Assembly (NCBI GenBank): GCA_964366535.1
Contig: CAYIUC010000002.1
Location: 10,773-72,220, forward strand
Length of the DNA: 61,448 nt
Origin: an uncultured Candidatus Saccharibacteria bacterium
GTDB taxonomy: Bacteria; Patescibacteriota; Minisyncoccia; Phycocordibacterales; UBA10002
Direction of reading: 5' to 3'
Positions 36,962 to 45,906 of this stretch are shown here, piece by piece; position 1 is the first letter of the stretch; every line of letters starts with the position of its first letter. The notes under the pieces were generated by a model that searched no databases, had not been told where the DNA came from, and saw nothing but the letters and a program-made list of their open reading frames with translations. A program made the position numbers and the translations under genes.

Positions 36962-37738
36962 CTACTCGGCGAGCGTTAGGAGCAACATCAAAACGAAACC
37001 GACTATGACCGCGGCGGTTTGCGCGAGCGTGTGCCGAGTGCCGGAAGTTTTGTGGAGCTCGGGCACGAGATCGGTTCCAGCAATGTAGATAAAAGCGCCA
37101 GCGGTAAAGGCGGCAGCAAACGACACCAACCCTTCAACCCGGACGCCTAGCAGGAACACTACAAACAAGCCAATGAACGCCGATAGCGCTGACAGGAAGT
37201 TCCAAAGTAGCGCTTTGCCGCGGCTCCAGCCCGCATGAATCAATATCCCGAAGTCCGCAATCTCTTGCGGAATCTCGTGTAGTACTACAGCAAGCGTTGT
37301 AGCAATGCCTACCGGTATGCTCGCTAGGAAACTCGCGCCGATAATTACGCCGTCTATTGCGTTGTGCACGAAGTCGGCGGTAAGAACGAGCGGAGCCACC
37401 GCACGCGGAGCGTGCGCGTGCGAAAATAGCGTATCGCGTGACTCTTCGTGCTCGCCGTGCGAATGATGCCACGCTAGAAGCTTTTCCAATACAAAAAATA
37501 ATATAATTCCAAGAAACGCCGCCGCGCCTACCGCTATTTCGCCTATGTCGCTCTCAAACGCTTCAGGTAGTAGGTGCAGAAGCGCGTCGCCAAAAAGCGT
37601 CCCGACCGCAAGAGCAACGAGCATAAATATGGAGCGTCGAAGCACAGCATCGCGCAGCGCGAGCGCAAACACTCCCGCAAACGACACAGCGCTCACGACC
37701 CCGACCGCCCCGATTGCATAAATCCATTCTACTTCCAT
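36962..37738 (-). CDS. ZIP-family divalent metal transporter (ZupT-like)
   Basis: HHSHGEHEE loop, VLHEIPQEIADFGILIHAG motif and about 8 TM segments. Start taken at MEVEWIYAIG. Confidence 0.8.
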   Translation of the reverse strand: MEVEWIYAIGAVGVVSAVSFAGVFALALRDAVLRRSIFMLVALAVGTLFGDALLHLLPEAFESDIGEIAVGAAAFLGIILFFVLEKLLAWHHSHGEHEESRDTLFSHAHAPRAVAPLVLTADFVHNAIDGVIIGASFLASIPVGIATTLAVVLHEIPQEIADFGILIHAGWSRGKALLWNFLSALSAFIGLFVVFLLGVRVEGLVSFAAAFTAGAFIYIAGTDLVPELHKTSGTRHTLAQTAAVIVGFVLMLLLTLAE

Positions 37739-37782
37739 ATCCAAAGTATACCCGCGAATGTGATAGCATACAAAACACACAC

Positions 37783-37850
37783 AACCACCCCTCCGTCTCG
37801 CCCCGCCAATCGGCGGGGCTCGCCACCTCCCCTTAGGTAAAGGGCAGGGT
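37783..37850 (+). repeat. solo double-hairpin repeat (forward)
   Basis: aaccacccctccgtctcGCCCCGCCaatcGGCGGGGCtcgccaCCTCCCCTTaggtaAAGGGcAGGgtg. No inverted partner within 1 kb. Confidence 0.75.
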
Positions 37851-37934
37851 GAAAAATCTCTTATGTAAAAATAGATTCCGACCGTAATCTATTTCTACAT
37901 GGACATATTCGTGCGAATAAAAAGAAAAGAAAAA

Positions 37935-37958
37935 GGCGACAGAGTTTTCTCTGTCGCC
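37935..37958 (-). terminator. rho-independent terminator of the orphan gene
   Basis: GGCGACAGAGaaaaCTCTGTCGCC followed by tttttcttttcttt on the minus strand. Confidence 0.75.
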
Positions 37959-37974
37959 GTGCAAGTGAAGCGGG

Positions 37975-38505
37975 TTAGTTAACCCCCTGATCGCCCGAAG
38001 ACACTTTTCCTTCCCGCAGTTTAATCTCAAACCCAATGGCATCGAGATTAATTTCTCGGTTCAGTAACGCATAGCTTTCCGGGAGTTGTTGAACCAACTT
38101 CCACAACTTCGCGCGATGAACCGCCTCTGCCAGTGGGTTTCCCGGCGTAGATGTAGCGCTTATGTTTATTATGGAGAGTGGCTTCAAACCAGCCCCAATA
38201 CAAAATCCAGCCACATAACTTTCGAGGTCAATCCATCGTGGCACAAAAGGTTGTAAGTCATAGGGGATTCGGAGTGCAAAAAAACTTGCAGTCAGATCAA
38301 GATGGGATGACACCACCGCGAAACTGTGTGTAGCTCCTTGATATTGATCTCGCCAATCATGCCAACGGAATACAATTTCGTCGTTCTTTCTCTTCTCAAG
38401 CGACAAGGTGCGACAAAAGAAGTTATCAGGATTTTCTACTGAACAAAATGCAAATTCGCCTGTACGCAAATTCACACCCACTGAAAGGTAGTGCTCAATT
38501 TTCAT
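37975..38505 (-). CDS. hypothetical protein (orphan, AT-richer)
   Basis: 176 aa from the ATG (the track starts at a TTG at 38535). I see no secure motif. Has its own terminator. Confidence 0.45.
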   Translation of the reverse strand: MKIEHYLSVGVNLRTGEFAFCSVENPDNFFCRTLSLEKRKNDEIVFRWHDWRDQYQGATHSFAVVSSHLDLTASFFALRIPYDLQPFVPRWIDLESYVAGFCIGAGLKPLSIINISATSTPGNPLAEAVHRAKLWKLVQQLPESYALLNREINLDAIGFEIKLREGKVSSGDQGVN

Positions 38506-38598
38506 ATCGACCTTTATGTGTTTGTTTAATTTCAAAGAAGATGTTGCTATTCGTTGCTCTTCCCAATTCCACTATAAAGCGTATCATACCATACACAT

Positions 38599-38627
38599 TT
38601 GTCAACTCCCGTACAGGTGGGTAGAAT
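38599..38627 (+). promoter_or_regulatory. promoter TTGTCA-N17-TAGAAT, 6 nt before the recG ATG (leaderless?)
   Basis: tTTGTCAactcccgtacaggtgggTAGAATgacggcATG. Confidence 0.5.
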
Positions 38628-38633
38628 GACGGC

Positions 38634-40793
38634 ATGCATCTGCAATCGCAAATCACCGACCATTTTCGGCTTTCGGAAAGCCATAGGAAAGGGCTTAAGA
38701 AACTTGGTATTGAGACGGCAGAAGACCTTTTGTACCATTTCCCATCACGATACGGGCACCTTGCAGAAATGCAAACGATTGCCGCGCTGAAAAAAGGCGC
38801 TGGCGCTGTCGTGTACGGCAGAGTGTCGGGGCTTAAGGCAAGCAAGGCGTTTCGTTCAAAAATCACTATGGCGGAAGGAGTGCTTGTTGACGACACGGGG
38901 AAAATAAAACTGACTTGGTTCAACCAGCCATACATTGCAAAAATGATTCCGGAAAACGCGCTCGTGCGCGTAGAAGGAAAAGTAAGCGAAAAGCGAAAGG
39001 GAGGGTTGTATCTTTCTAACCCAAAAATAGAACAAGTGAGCGCTGTACCGCAAGGAGAAGCATCTTTGTTCGGCGACGCTGGCGACACGCACCACCTCCA
39101 CCCCGTCTACCCCGAGACGCGCGGAGTTTCTTCCAACTGGATATTCCACGCCGTGCAGAAAGTGCTGAAGTCGGGCGCCCTGAAAGAAATATCGGACCAT
39201 ATTCCAACCGATATTCTAAAAAAATATTCGCTCCCTGCGTGCGCAAGCGCGCTTATCTGGATCCACGCGCCGAAAAAGGAAGCGGATGCGCGCGCGGCGC
39301 GCAAGCGGTTCGCGTTTGAGGAAATACTCTTTATTCAACTCGCGCGGCAGAAAGAGCGCGCGCTTGCCAAAGGCGAACGCGCTTTTGCGATAGTAAATAC
39401 AGCGGAGCAAACAGCGCGCTTCACCGAGCGTCTCCCATTCCCTCTCACCAACGCGCAAGAGCGCGCTATTGCGGCAATTAAGAGCGACTTTGCAAAGGAA
39501 ACTCCTATGGCGCGGCTTCTAGAGGGTGATGTAGGAAGCGGCAAGACGGCAGTCGCCGCGGCAAGCTCCTACACCGTCGTCTCGTCCCGCCCAACAGGTC
39601 AAAATTTCGGCAATCTACAAGTGGCGTATATGTGCCCCACTGAAATACTTGCGAAACAGCAATTTGAGAACTTCATTTCATTCTTTGCACACCTTCCAAT
39701 AAACATCGGGCTTATCACTTCGTCTAGTTGCCGCAAGTTTCCGTCAAAAGTAAATCAGCACTCTGCGACCGACATCTCGCGCGCGCAACTTCTGAAGTGG
39801 GTTGCAAACGGAGAAATCGCGGCAGTAGTCGGCACACATTCGCTTATACAAAAATCCGTAAAGTTCAAACATCTTGCTTACGCGATTATAGACGAACAGC
39901 ATCGTTTCGGAATTGCGCAACGCAAAGCGCTCATGCATAAGGATAAAATAATTCCGCACTTGCTCTCTATGACCGCAACACCTATACCGCGCACGCTCGC
40001 CCTCACAATGTACGGCGACCTAGACCTGACGCTTCTCGACGAAATGCCGCCCGGGCGCAAGCCGATAATTACGGAAATTGTACTACCTATCGAGCGCGCC
40101 GCCACCTACGAAAAAATCCGCCGCGAGCTTGCGAGCGGGCGGCAAGCGTACATTATTACTCCGCGCATAGATGAGCCAGACCCAACTAAAGAGTTTGCCG
40201 TGCAGGCAAAGTCGGCAAAAGCGGAAGCGAAACGGCTCAAGGCGGAAGTATTTCCTGAATACGAAATAGCCGTGCTTCACAGCAAACTAAAAGATACAGA
40301 AAAAGAGCGCGCGATGGAAGAGTTTAAAGACGGAAAAATAAACATTCTCGTGTCCACTTCGGTAGTAGAAGTCGGCGTGAATGTGCCGAACGCGACAGTG
40401 ATAGTAATAGAAGGAGCAGAGCGGTTCGGGCTTGCACAACTTCACCAACTGCGCGGGCGCGTGCTACGCAGTACGCATCAGGCGTACTGTTTCGTCTTCG
40501 CAGAATCGTCGGGAGAGAAAACGCTCGCGCGTCTAGCCGCGCTTCAGAGCGCCAAAAACGGCTTTGAGCTCGCGGAGCACGACCTAGCACAGCGCGGCGC
40601 CGGCGCGCTTTCTGGCCGCGAGCAATGGGGCGTTTCGGACATCGCCATGGAAGCGCTCCAAAATCTAAAGATGGTAGAAGCGGCGCGCACAGAAGCCGTG
40701 CGCCTTATCACCGATGATGCTTCTCTTTCCACGCACCCTCTCCTCGCCGCCGCCCTCGCCTCCCGCACCAAAGACGAAATTCATTTTGAGTAA
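38634..40793 (+). CDS. recG: ATP-dependent DNA helicase RecG
   Basis: 719 aa with a wedge/OB N-terminus, FPLTNAQERAI, GDVGSGKT, DEQHRFG and QLHQLRGRV. Confidence 0.95.
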   Translation: MHLQSQITDHFRLSESHRKGLKKLGIETAEDLLYHFPSRYGHLAEMQTIAALKKGAGAVVYGRVSGLKASKAFRSKITMAEGVLVDDTGKIKLTWFNQPYIAKMIPENALVRVEGKVSEKRKGGLYLSNPKIEQVSAVPQGEASLFGDAGDTHHLHPVYPETRGVSSNWIFHAVQKVLKSGALKEISDHIPTDILKKYSLPACASALIWIHAPKKEADARAARKRFAFEEILFIQLARQKERALAKGERAFAIVNTAEQTARFTERLPFPLTNAQERAIAAIKSDFAKETPMARLLEGDVGSGKTAVAAASSYTVVSSRPTGQNFGNLQVAYMCPTEILAKQQFENFISFFAHLPINIGLITSSSCRKFPSKVNQHSATDISRAQLLKWVANGEIAAVVGTHSLIQKSVKFKHLAYAIIDEQHRFGIAQRKALMHKDKIIPHLLSMTATPIPRTLALTMYGDLDLTLLDEMPPGRKPIITEIVLPIERAATYEKIRRELASGRQAYIITPRIDEPDPTKEFAVQAKSAKAEAKRLKAEVFPEYEIAVLHSKLKDTEKERAMEEFKDGKINILVSTSVVEVGVNVPNATVIVIEGAERFGLAQLHQLRGRVLRSTHQAYCFVFAESSGEKTLARLAALQSAKNGFELAEHDLAQRGAGALSGREQWGVSDIAMEALQNLKMVEAARTEAVRLITDDASLSTHPLLAAALASRTKDEIHFE

Positions 40794-40805
40794 CCGCCTT
40801 CCCGA

Positions 40806-40841
40806 CTTATGTTTAAGCTACGATCGTATCTTAATAATAAA
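40806..40841. repeat. 36-bp AT-rich palindrome, copy 3 (more diverged)
   Basis: cttatgtttaagctacgatcgtatcttaataataaa, in the convergent spacer between recG and the RelE-like toxin. Confidence 0.75.
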
Positions 40842-40846
40842 TCCGG

Positions 40847-41104
40847 TTATTCATAAATATCATGATCGCCGATTGTATGGAATATAACGCTTTGATTAGC
40901 CCCGAACTCAAACACAATCCGAAACTTACCGGTCACAGAAAACGACCACAGGTCCGACAACCTGCCGTGTAATTTGTGGGTTTTCAAACTGATATCAAAA
41001 GGATTCTTGCGAAAAATACTTTCTTTTATTTCGGCGTAATGTCGAATATCTCGATCAAGTTTGCGATATTGACGGAGAAACTTGGGAGAATAAATAATCT
41101 GCAT
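40847..41104 (-). CDS. RelE/StbE (YafQ-like) type II toxin
   Basis: LKTHKLHGRLSDLWSFSVTGKFRIVFEFGANQSVIFHTIGDHDIY. Confidence 0.8.
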   Translation of the reverse strand: MQIIYSPKFLRQYRKLDRDIRHYAEIKESIFRKNPFDISLKTHKLHGRLSDLWSFSVTGKFRIVFEFGANQSVIFHTIGDHDIYE

Positions 41105-41109
41105 AATAG

Positions 41110-41325
41110 TTACCGCAAATCCCTAAGCGACCGAAGAATCTTACCCTTTCCAGCCGCAATCTCCGCGCGGCTTTCTTCTATATCGCGCATCAACTGCTCG
41201 GTATTCCATAATCGTATCAAATGTCGCATAAACTCACTCGTGGAAGCGAACTTGCCGATTTTGACTTCGCGCTTGATGTCCGCCGCCATTTCTTTGGGGA
41301 GTGATATGTTGACGATGTTTCTCAT
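41110..41325 (-). CDS. ribbon-helix-helix (CopG/ParD-like) antitoxin
   Basis: MRNIVNISLPKEMAADIKREVKIGKFASTSEFMRHLIRLW. Confidence 0.7.
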   Translation of the reverse strand: MRNIVNISLPKEMAADIKREVKIGKFASTSEFMRHLIRLWNTEQLMRDIEESRAEIAAGKGKILRSLRDLR

Positions 41326-41361
41326 AGATGTAAGATGGCTATGTAATAATTTGTATTACAA

Positions 41362-41389
41362 AGTATAGCAAACCCATAAACGCCGTCAA
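41362..41389 (-). promoter_or_regulatory. promoter TTGACG-N16-TATACT for the RHH/RelE module, followed by a GTAATA-N5-TATTAC inverted repeat
   Basis: Read on the minus strand. The -35 overlaps the stop codon of the upstream glycosyltransferase. Confidence 0.45.
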
Positions 41390-42501
41390 GATAGATACGC
41401 CAGCACTTTTTCGGCGCGCTTTTTCCACGAGAATTGCGCGGCAAGAGAACTGGCGGCTGTGGTCTTTGCAGAGGTAAGAGCTGTATTTGAAATTGCTTCG
41501 GAGATGGCGTGCGCCATGCTCTCCGCGCTGTCGGGCTCGTAAAAGAATACTTCCTTTTCGGACACCATATCTGCAACGGCTGGTGTAGCCGCCGCAACTA
41601 TAGGTACGCCCGTCGGAAGATACTCAAACATTTTCATTGGCGAGGTGTGGTAGTACGAATACTCGTCGCGGCGCGTACCGAGTACAAGTAGCGCGTCCGC
41701 GGCGCGCATAAGTAGCGGCATTTCTTTGTATGGGCGAATACCGCCAAACACGATATTTTCCGGGACTTCGCGAATACCTGTTACTTTCAGAAACGCCTCG
41801 CGCGTACCTCCAGCAAGGTAGAACAAAATGTCGGGAACAAGACGCGCCGCGCTCGCAAAGATTTCCAACCCCTTCCATGCGTAAAACTGACCCGCGTAGA
41901 GCGCGATGCGCCCTTCGCGCGGTAGAGCGAGCGCGGCGCGGGCTTTTTCTTGCGTAATATTTTGCGCATCAAAGAACTCCTGCGAGATGCCGTTTGGCGC
42001 GACGAGCACCTTCCGTTCCGGAATACGGAATCGCTCGCAGAGTTTCTTTTTAATAATGTTATTTATCGTCAGTACTCCGCGTGCATTGCTAAAGAGCCAC
42101 TGAAACAAAATGCCACGCCGTTTCGCATCGTGAATCTCAACAAAATACGGTGCGCCGAGAAACGGCAAGAGCGCGAATGAAAACTGGTCCATATCTATCG
42201 TGTAAATTAAGAACTTCTCGCCGCGAAGCCGCTTTATAAGCAAAAACACAAACGCGGAGAACATAAAAGATAGCGAGCACGCAAAAAAGCCGAGACGATA
42301 CGATAGTACAGGCAAGCGAACGACTGGGATTTCTTGTGCAAGATTATAAGCATCTTTTAGCGAACCGGCGATTCCGCGCCTAGGTACGACAAGTGTAAGA
42401 GTAGCCCCTGCGGCGCGGAGCGCCTCGCTCATTTTCGCAATCTGTATGCCGTGCGCCTTCTCGGTCGGCATGCGCGCATTTGCAATGTAGTAAATATTCA
42501 T
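41386..42501 (-). CDS. GT4-family (GT-B fold) glycosyltransferase
   Basis: Start at MNIYYIANARMPTEKAHGIQI (ATGA overlap with the upstream stop). C-terminal EYSYYHTSPMKMFEYL E-x7-E-like region. Confidence 0.8.
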   Translation of the reverse strand: MNIYYIANARMPTEKAHGIQIAKMSEALRAAGATLTLVVPRRGIAGSLKDAYNLAQEIPVVRLPVLSYRLGFFACSLSFMFSAFVFLLIKRLRGEKFLIYTIDMDQFSFALLPFLGAPYFVEIHDAKRRGILFQWLFSNARGVLTINNIIKKKLCERFRIPERKVLVAPNGISQEFFDAQNITQEKARAALALPREGRIALYAGQFYAWKGLEIFASAARLVPDILFYLAGGTREAFLKVTGIREVPENIVFGGIRPYKEMPLLMRAADALLVLGTRRDEYSYYHTSPMKMFEYLPTGVPIVAAATPAVADMVSEKEVFFYEPDSAESMAHAISEAISNTALTSAKTTAASSLAAQFSWKKRAEKVLAYLS

Positions 42502-43232
42502 ACGCCTTTGTACCACAACATAAATACGACTTTGAGGGTCTCTAAAACATCTCTGAATACACTTTTCGATACGCCGCGCGTACGAGTGCCGAAAACAATC
42601 GGAATCTCTTTGATGCGCGCACCCTGTGCGTGCATTGCGTATAGCAAATGTATTTTGTAGGGAATGAATCGTGAATAGATCGCGTCTTCTGAAAGCGGCG
42701 AGTGTGCAGTGAAAGGCACTACACGCGTCATTTTCAAGCCAGAAGTCGCATCGCGCACTGGTACGCGCAACACAGTTCGGATAAACCAACTCCCCCATTT
42801 GCTTAATAGCTTGCGAGAAAGCGGCCACCCTTGCGGCACAGCTCCACCGGGCACATAGCGCGAACCGATAATATAGTCGTAACCGTTCATTAACTCCGCG
42901 GCAAGACGCGGGATATCGCGCGGGTCGTGCTGAAAGTCAGCATCGCATTCTACAAACGCATCCGCACCAAGCTTTTCTACTGCATACCGCATACCGAGCA
43001 CATACGCAGAGCCCAAGCCGCGCCGCTCTGCTTGCTTCAAGAGATGCATGCTCTTATAGCGGCGCGCGCGCTCCTCCACAACTACTGCGGTTCCATCAGG
43101 AGAATTACTATCAACCACGAGTATTGACCACAGATACTGCGGCGCACTCTCAAAGACCTTTTGGAGCGCATCTAGAAGTGCGCCGATTGTACCCGCCTCG
43201 TTATATGTCGGAATAATTACCGTTATTTTCAT
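42498..43232 (-). CDS. GT2 polyprenyl-phosphate mannose/glucose synthase (Ppm1/DPM1-like)
   Basis: KITVIIPTYNEAGTI...VVDSNSPDGT...CDADFQHDP...GSRYV. Confidence 0.8.
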   Translation of the reverse strand: MKITVIIPTYNEAGTIGALLDALQKVFESAPQYLWSILVVDSNSPDGTAVVVEERARRYKSMHLLKQAERRGLGSAYVLGMRYAVEKLGADAFVECDADFQHDPRDIPRLAAELMNGYDYIIGSRYVPGGAVPQGWPLSRKLLSKWGSWFIRTVLRVPVRDATSGLKMTRVVPFTAHSPLSEDAIYSRFIPYKIHLLYAMHAQGARIKEIPIVFGTRTRGVSKSVFRDVLETLKVVFMLWYKGV

Positions 43233-43236
43233 ACTA

Positions 43237-44850
43237 TTATTTCAATTCATAGAGTACCACATCTGGACCAAGCGACCGCGCGGAAAAAAGAGCGGGAATA
43301 CCACCGGCGAAATGCCCGTCTGCGTACCGAATACCTTCTCCAAAAGTCCCAGCAAATTCTTGCACCAATGCTCCCGACATACCCACCTCCTTAAGGAGTT
43401 CTATGCGCGCCTCTTGGTTTTCGGACTCGTCTGCTAATAGCAAATATTTGTATTGATTGCTAGCAAGATAACTAGGCGCATCCTCCCAAAACGCAGCGTT
43501 TTGAAGAGCGTATAGATTGACGCTATGGAAGCGCGCTATCAGCGCATCTTCCGGCAGTGCTGCATCAGCGCGGTCGGCAGCGCGTACTGATGCGCCATCC
43601 AACGCTTCCTGTTCGGCAGACGCCGCGCGCGTTTTAGAAAGCCGCAACCCCTTACCGTACGAGACAATCTTGCTCTCGTGAGGAATATTTTCTTCCACCC
43701 ACGCGCGAGCAATCTCGCGCGTATCCCCCGCCGCCGCTAGAAAAGAAAGGCGCGCGGCGCATACCAAAATTAATGCGCCTACAAATATGCCGACACGCAA
43801 GCGAATTCGCGAAAGCGCGAGCCCCGCGAGCGCCGCAAGAATCGGCAAAAGCGGCAAGAAAAATCGCGCTTCAAAGCGAAAAAGGAAAAGAAACAGGAGC
43901 GCGTAGCCGTACAGGCCGAACACGGCAAGCCAGAAAAATCGCTTGTCTTTCCGAAACGCGAGCGCGAGCCCTGCGAGCGCCAAGACGGCAAAAATCGGCT
44001 CCGAAACAATGAACGGATACCCGAATACAAAAGGACTTGCAAATATGCGCCAAATAGGCGGGAATGCCGGAGTTGCCTCTACTAGAAATCCCATGCTCTG
44101 CGGATAGAGCGCAAGCGGCAATGCAAAAAGTAAGAATAATGCGGGAACGATGCGAACGAGCCAATCAGCGCGAAGAATCATTTTCCACTGCATACGGTCA
44201 TAAAACAGAAACCAGATTGTGATAAACGGCAGAGCTGCAACTGCAATGGTACTAATGCCAAAACCAACTCCGGCCGCGACAAGCGAATATGTATAACGCT
44301 TCCTCACCGACAGTGCGTAATTCGACAGAAAAAACAAAATCACAGAAAAGATAAAAAATACAGCAGTCCAGTGGCGCGCTACCGACGAAAGTGAAACGGC
44401 AAGCAAACTCATCGCCGCGAAAAACGCCGCCCACAGAGCAGGGGTATCCTCTTTCCACATATTTAGCACAAAACGGTAGATGAAATATACCGAGAGAACT
44501 CCGAGCGCTACAGTCACGAGCCGCGCGGTAAGGAAGAAAACAGACGGGTCGGACGCAACTGCAATCTTTAGCACATCTACATTTCCAACCTGCAGATATA
44601 TAAAACCAGAAACGAGCGCAAAAAAAGGAAGCAACAAGTACGCCAAATACGGCGGATAGTATAAAAAATCCTGAAACTCGTCGTGCGCGGCGGGCAGAAG
44701 CGTCTTAAGTTCCAGCATCTTGAGCGCCGCAAGTACAAACGGCGGCTCATCGTCGGCGACAAAAAGCGGCAATCCGTGCGGAGCCCCCACAATGCGCAAG
44801 ATGGCGGCTAGCAAGAGAATTGCGAAAAGTATTTTTTTCGGGCGTGTCAT
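43237..44850 (-). CDS. polytopic GT-C fold glycosyltransferase (ArnT/PMT, GT39/83-like)
   Basis: 537 aa with more than 10 TM segments. First-loop acidic motif FVADDEPPF. Large C-terminal soluble domain. Confidence 0.6.
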   Translation of the reverse strand: MTRPKKILFAILLLAAILRIVGAPHGLPLFVADDEPPFVLAALKMLELKTLLPAAHDEFQDFLYYPPYLAYLLLPFFALVSGFIYLQVGNVDVLKIAVASDPSVFFLTARLVTVALGVLSVYFIYRFVLNMWKEDTPALWAAFFAAMSLLAVSLSSVARHWTAVFFIFSVILFFLSNYALSVRKRYTYSLVAAGVGFGISTIAVAALPFITIWFLFYDRMQWKMILRADWLVRIVPALFLLFALPLALYPQSMGFLVEATPAFPPIWRIFASPFVFGYPFIVSEPIFAVLALAGLALAFRKDKRFFWLAVFGLYGYALLFLFLFRFEARFFLPLLPILAALAGLALSRIRLRVGIFVGALILVCAARLSFLAAAGDTREIARAWVEENIPHESKIVSYGKGLRLSKTRAASAEQEALDGASVRAADRADAALPEDALIARFHSVNLYALQNAAFWEDAPSYLASNQYKYLLLADESENQEARIELLKEVGMSGALVQEFAGTFGEGIRYADGHFAGGIPALFSARSLGPDVVLYELK

Positions 44851-45884
44851 ATGCGAAGACGGTCCTGTACCTTTTTTACTAGAATGGTAGTGTCATGCGC
44901 ATTTACGACATACGAACGCAGGTCCTTGCTCATAGAGGCGCGTTTATCTGTAGAAAAAACGAAGACGCGCTCTATAGCATCCGCAATCGACCGCGGGTTG
45001 CGTTCCGAACAAAAGAGATCGTGAGGAAAAACATCTCGAAATGCCGGAGAAGAAACAACCGGAAGTGCACCGCACGCAGCAGCTTCAAGTACGGTCTTGT
45101 CGTAATTCCCAGCCGGCGTGAGGTTTACAAAGATCTCATGAGCAGAGAAGACTTTGGGTGCATCTCTGTTCGGTACCGCAAGAAAAAATGAGCACTTACC
45201 AGCTGCTACAAGCGGCACCGCAAGCGTATGTACCTTTTTCTCATATTCCGCATCGCGCGAAAGCGCATCACCGCATATTGTGAGCGAGAAATCAGTGCCG
45301 CGCTTGTGTAGTTCAAGTGCCGCCTCCACAAGTGTCGATACACCCTTCACAGGTGCGATGCGTCCCAAATATAAAATAGAGCGATGAGCGCGTACTATTC
45401 CAGAAACAGTAGAAAAACGATCCGTAGGAATCCCCGCAGGCATACGCACCGATTTTTCGCTTCCTGCTGTAAAGGCATACGGCGATGTATGGAAAACGAC
45501 GGTTGCAAGCCGCATCGCAATTTTTGTAAACATACCGCCATCAGTATGGTTGTACCAAAATGCAACTGGCTTGCCGAGCAAGCGCCAGAGAAGCCCCGCA
45601 AGCAAAATATACTCTTGGTTCATATGCACAAACACCACATCGTATTTGTGGCGCGTCTTCCACACATACCACAAAAAACGAAGTGCGCACTGTGCGCGCG
45701 AAACGCCTCGCTCCTTGTCGAGCGAATATACGGAAACATTGCCTGGAAAGTTGTACTTCCCTTTTCGCAAGCACACGGTAGATATATGTTCAAACCCGCT
45801 CGCAAACGCGCGTAGCCAACCTACTACGAACCCAAGTACCGGTTCCCTCTCGTCCACCGCTTGCGTGATAAATAGAAGACGCAT
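44847..45884 (-). CDS. GT4-family glycosyltransferase
   Basis: MRLLFITQAVDE...ILYLGRIAPVKGV...NYDKTVLEAAACGALPVV. Confidence 0.8.
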   Translation of the reverse strand: MRLLFITQAVDEREPVLGFVVGWLRAFASGFEHISTVCLRKGKYNFPGNVSVYSLDKERGVSRAQCALRFLWYVWKTRHKYDVVFVHMNQEYILLAGLLWRLLGKPVAFWYNHTDGGMFTKIAMRLATVVFHTSPYAFTAGSEKSVRMPAGIPTDRFSTVSGIVRAHRSILYLGRIAPVKGVSTLVEAALELHKRGTDFSLTICGDALSRDAEYEKKVHTLAVPLVAAGKCSFFLAVPNRDAPKVFSAHEIFVNLTPAGNYDKTVLEAAACGALPVVSSPAFRDVFPHDLFCSERNPRSIADAIERVFVFSTDKRASMSKDLRSYVVNAHDTTILVKKVQDRLRI

Positions 45885-45906
45885 AGGTATTACAACAAAA
45901 AGAGAA

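Noticed and set aside
38495-39088. 197-aa minus-strand ORF
   Set aside because: It is antisense to the recG 5' region and overlaps the recG promoter. Its composition is Ser/Pro-rich.
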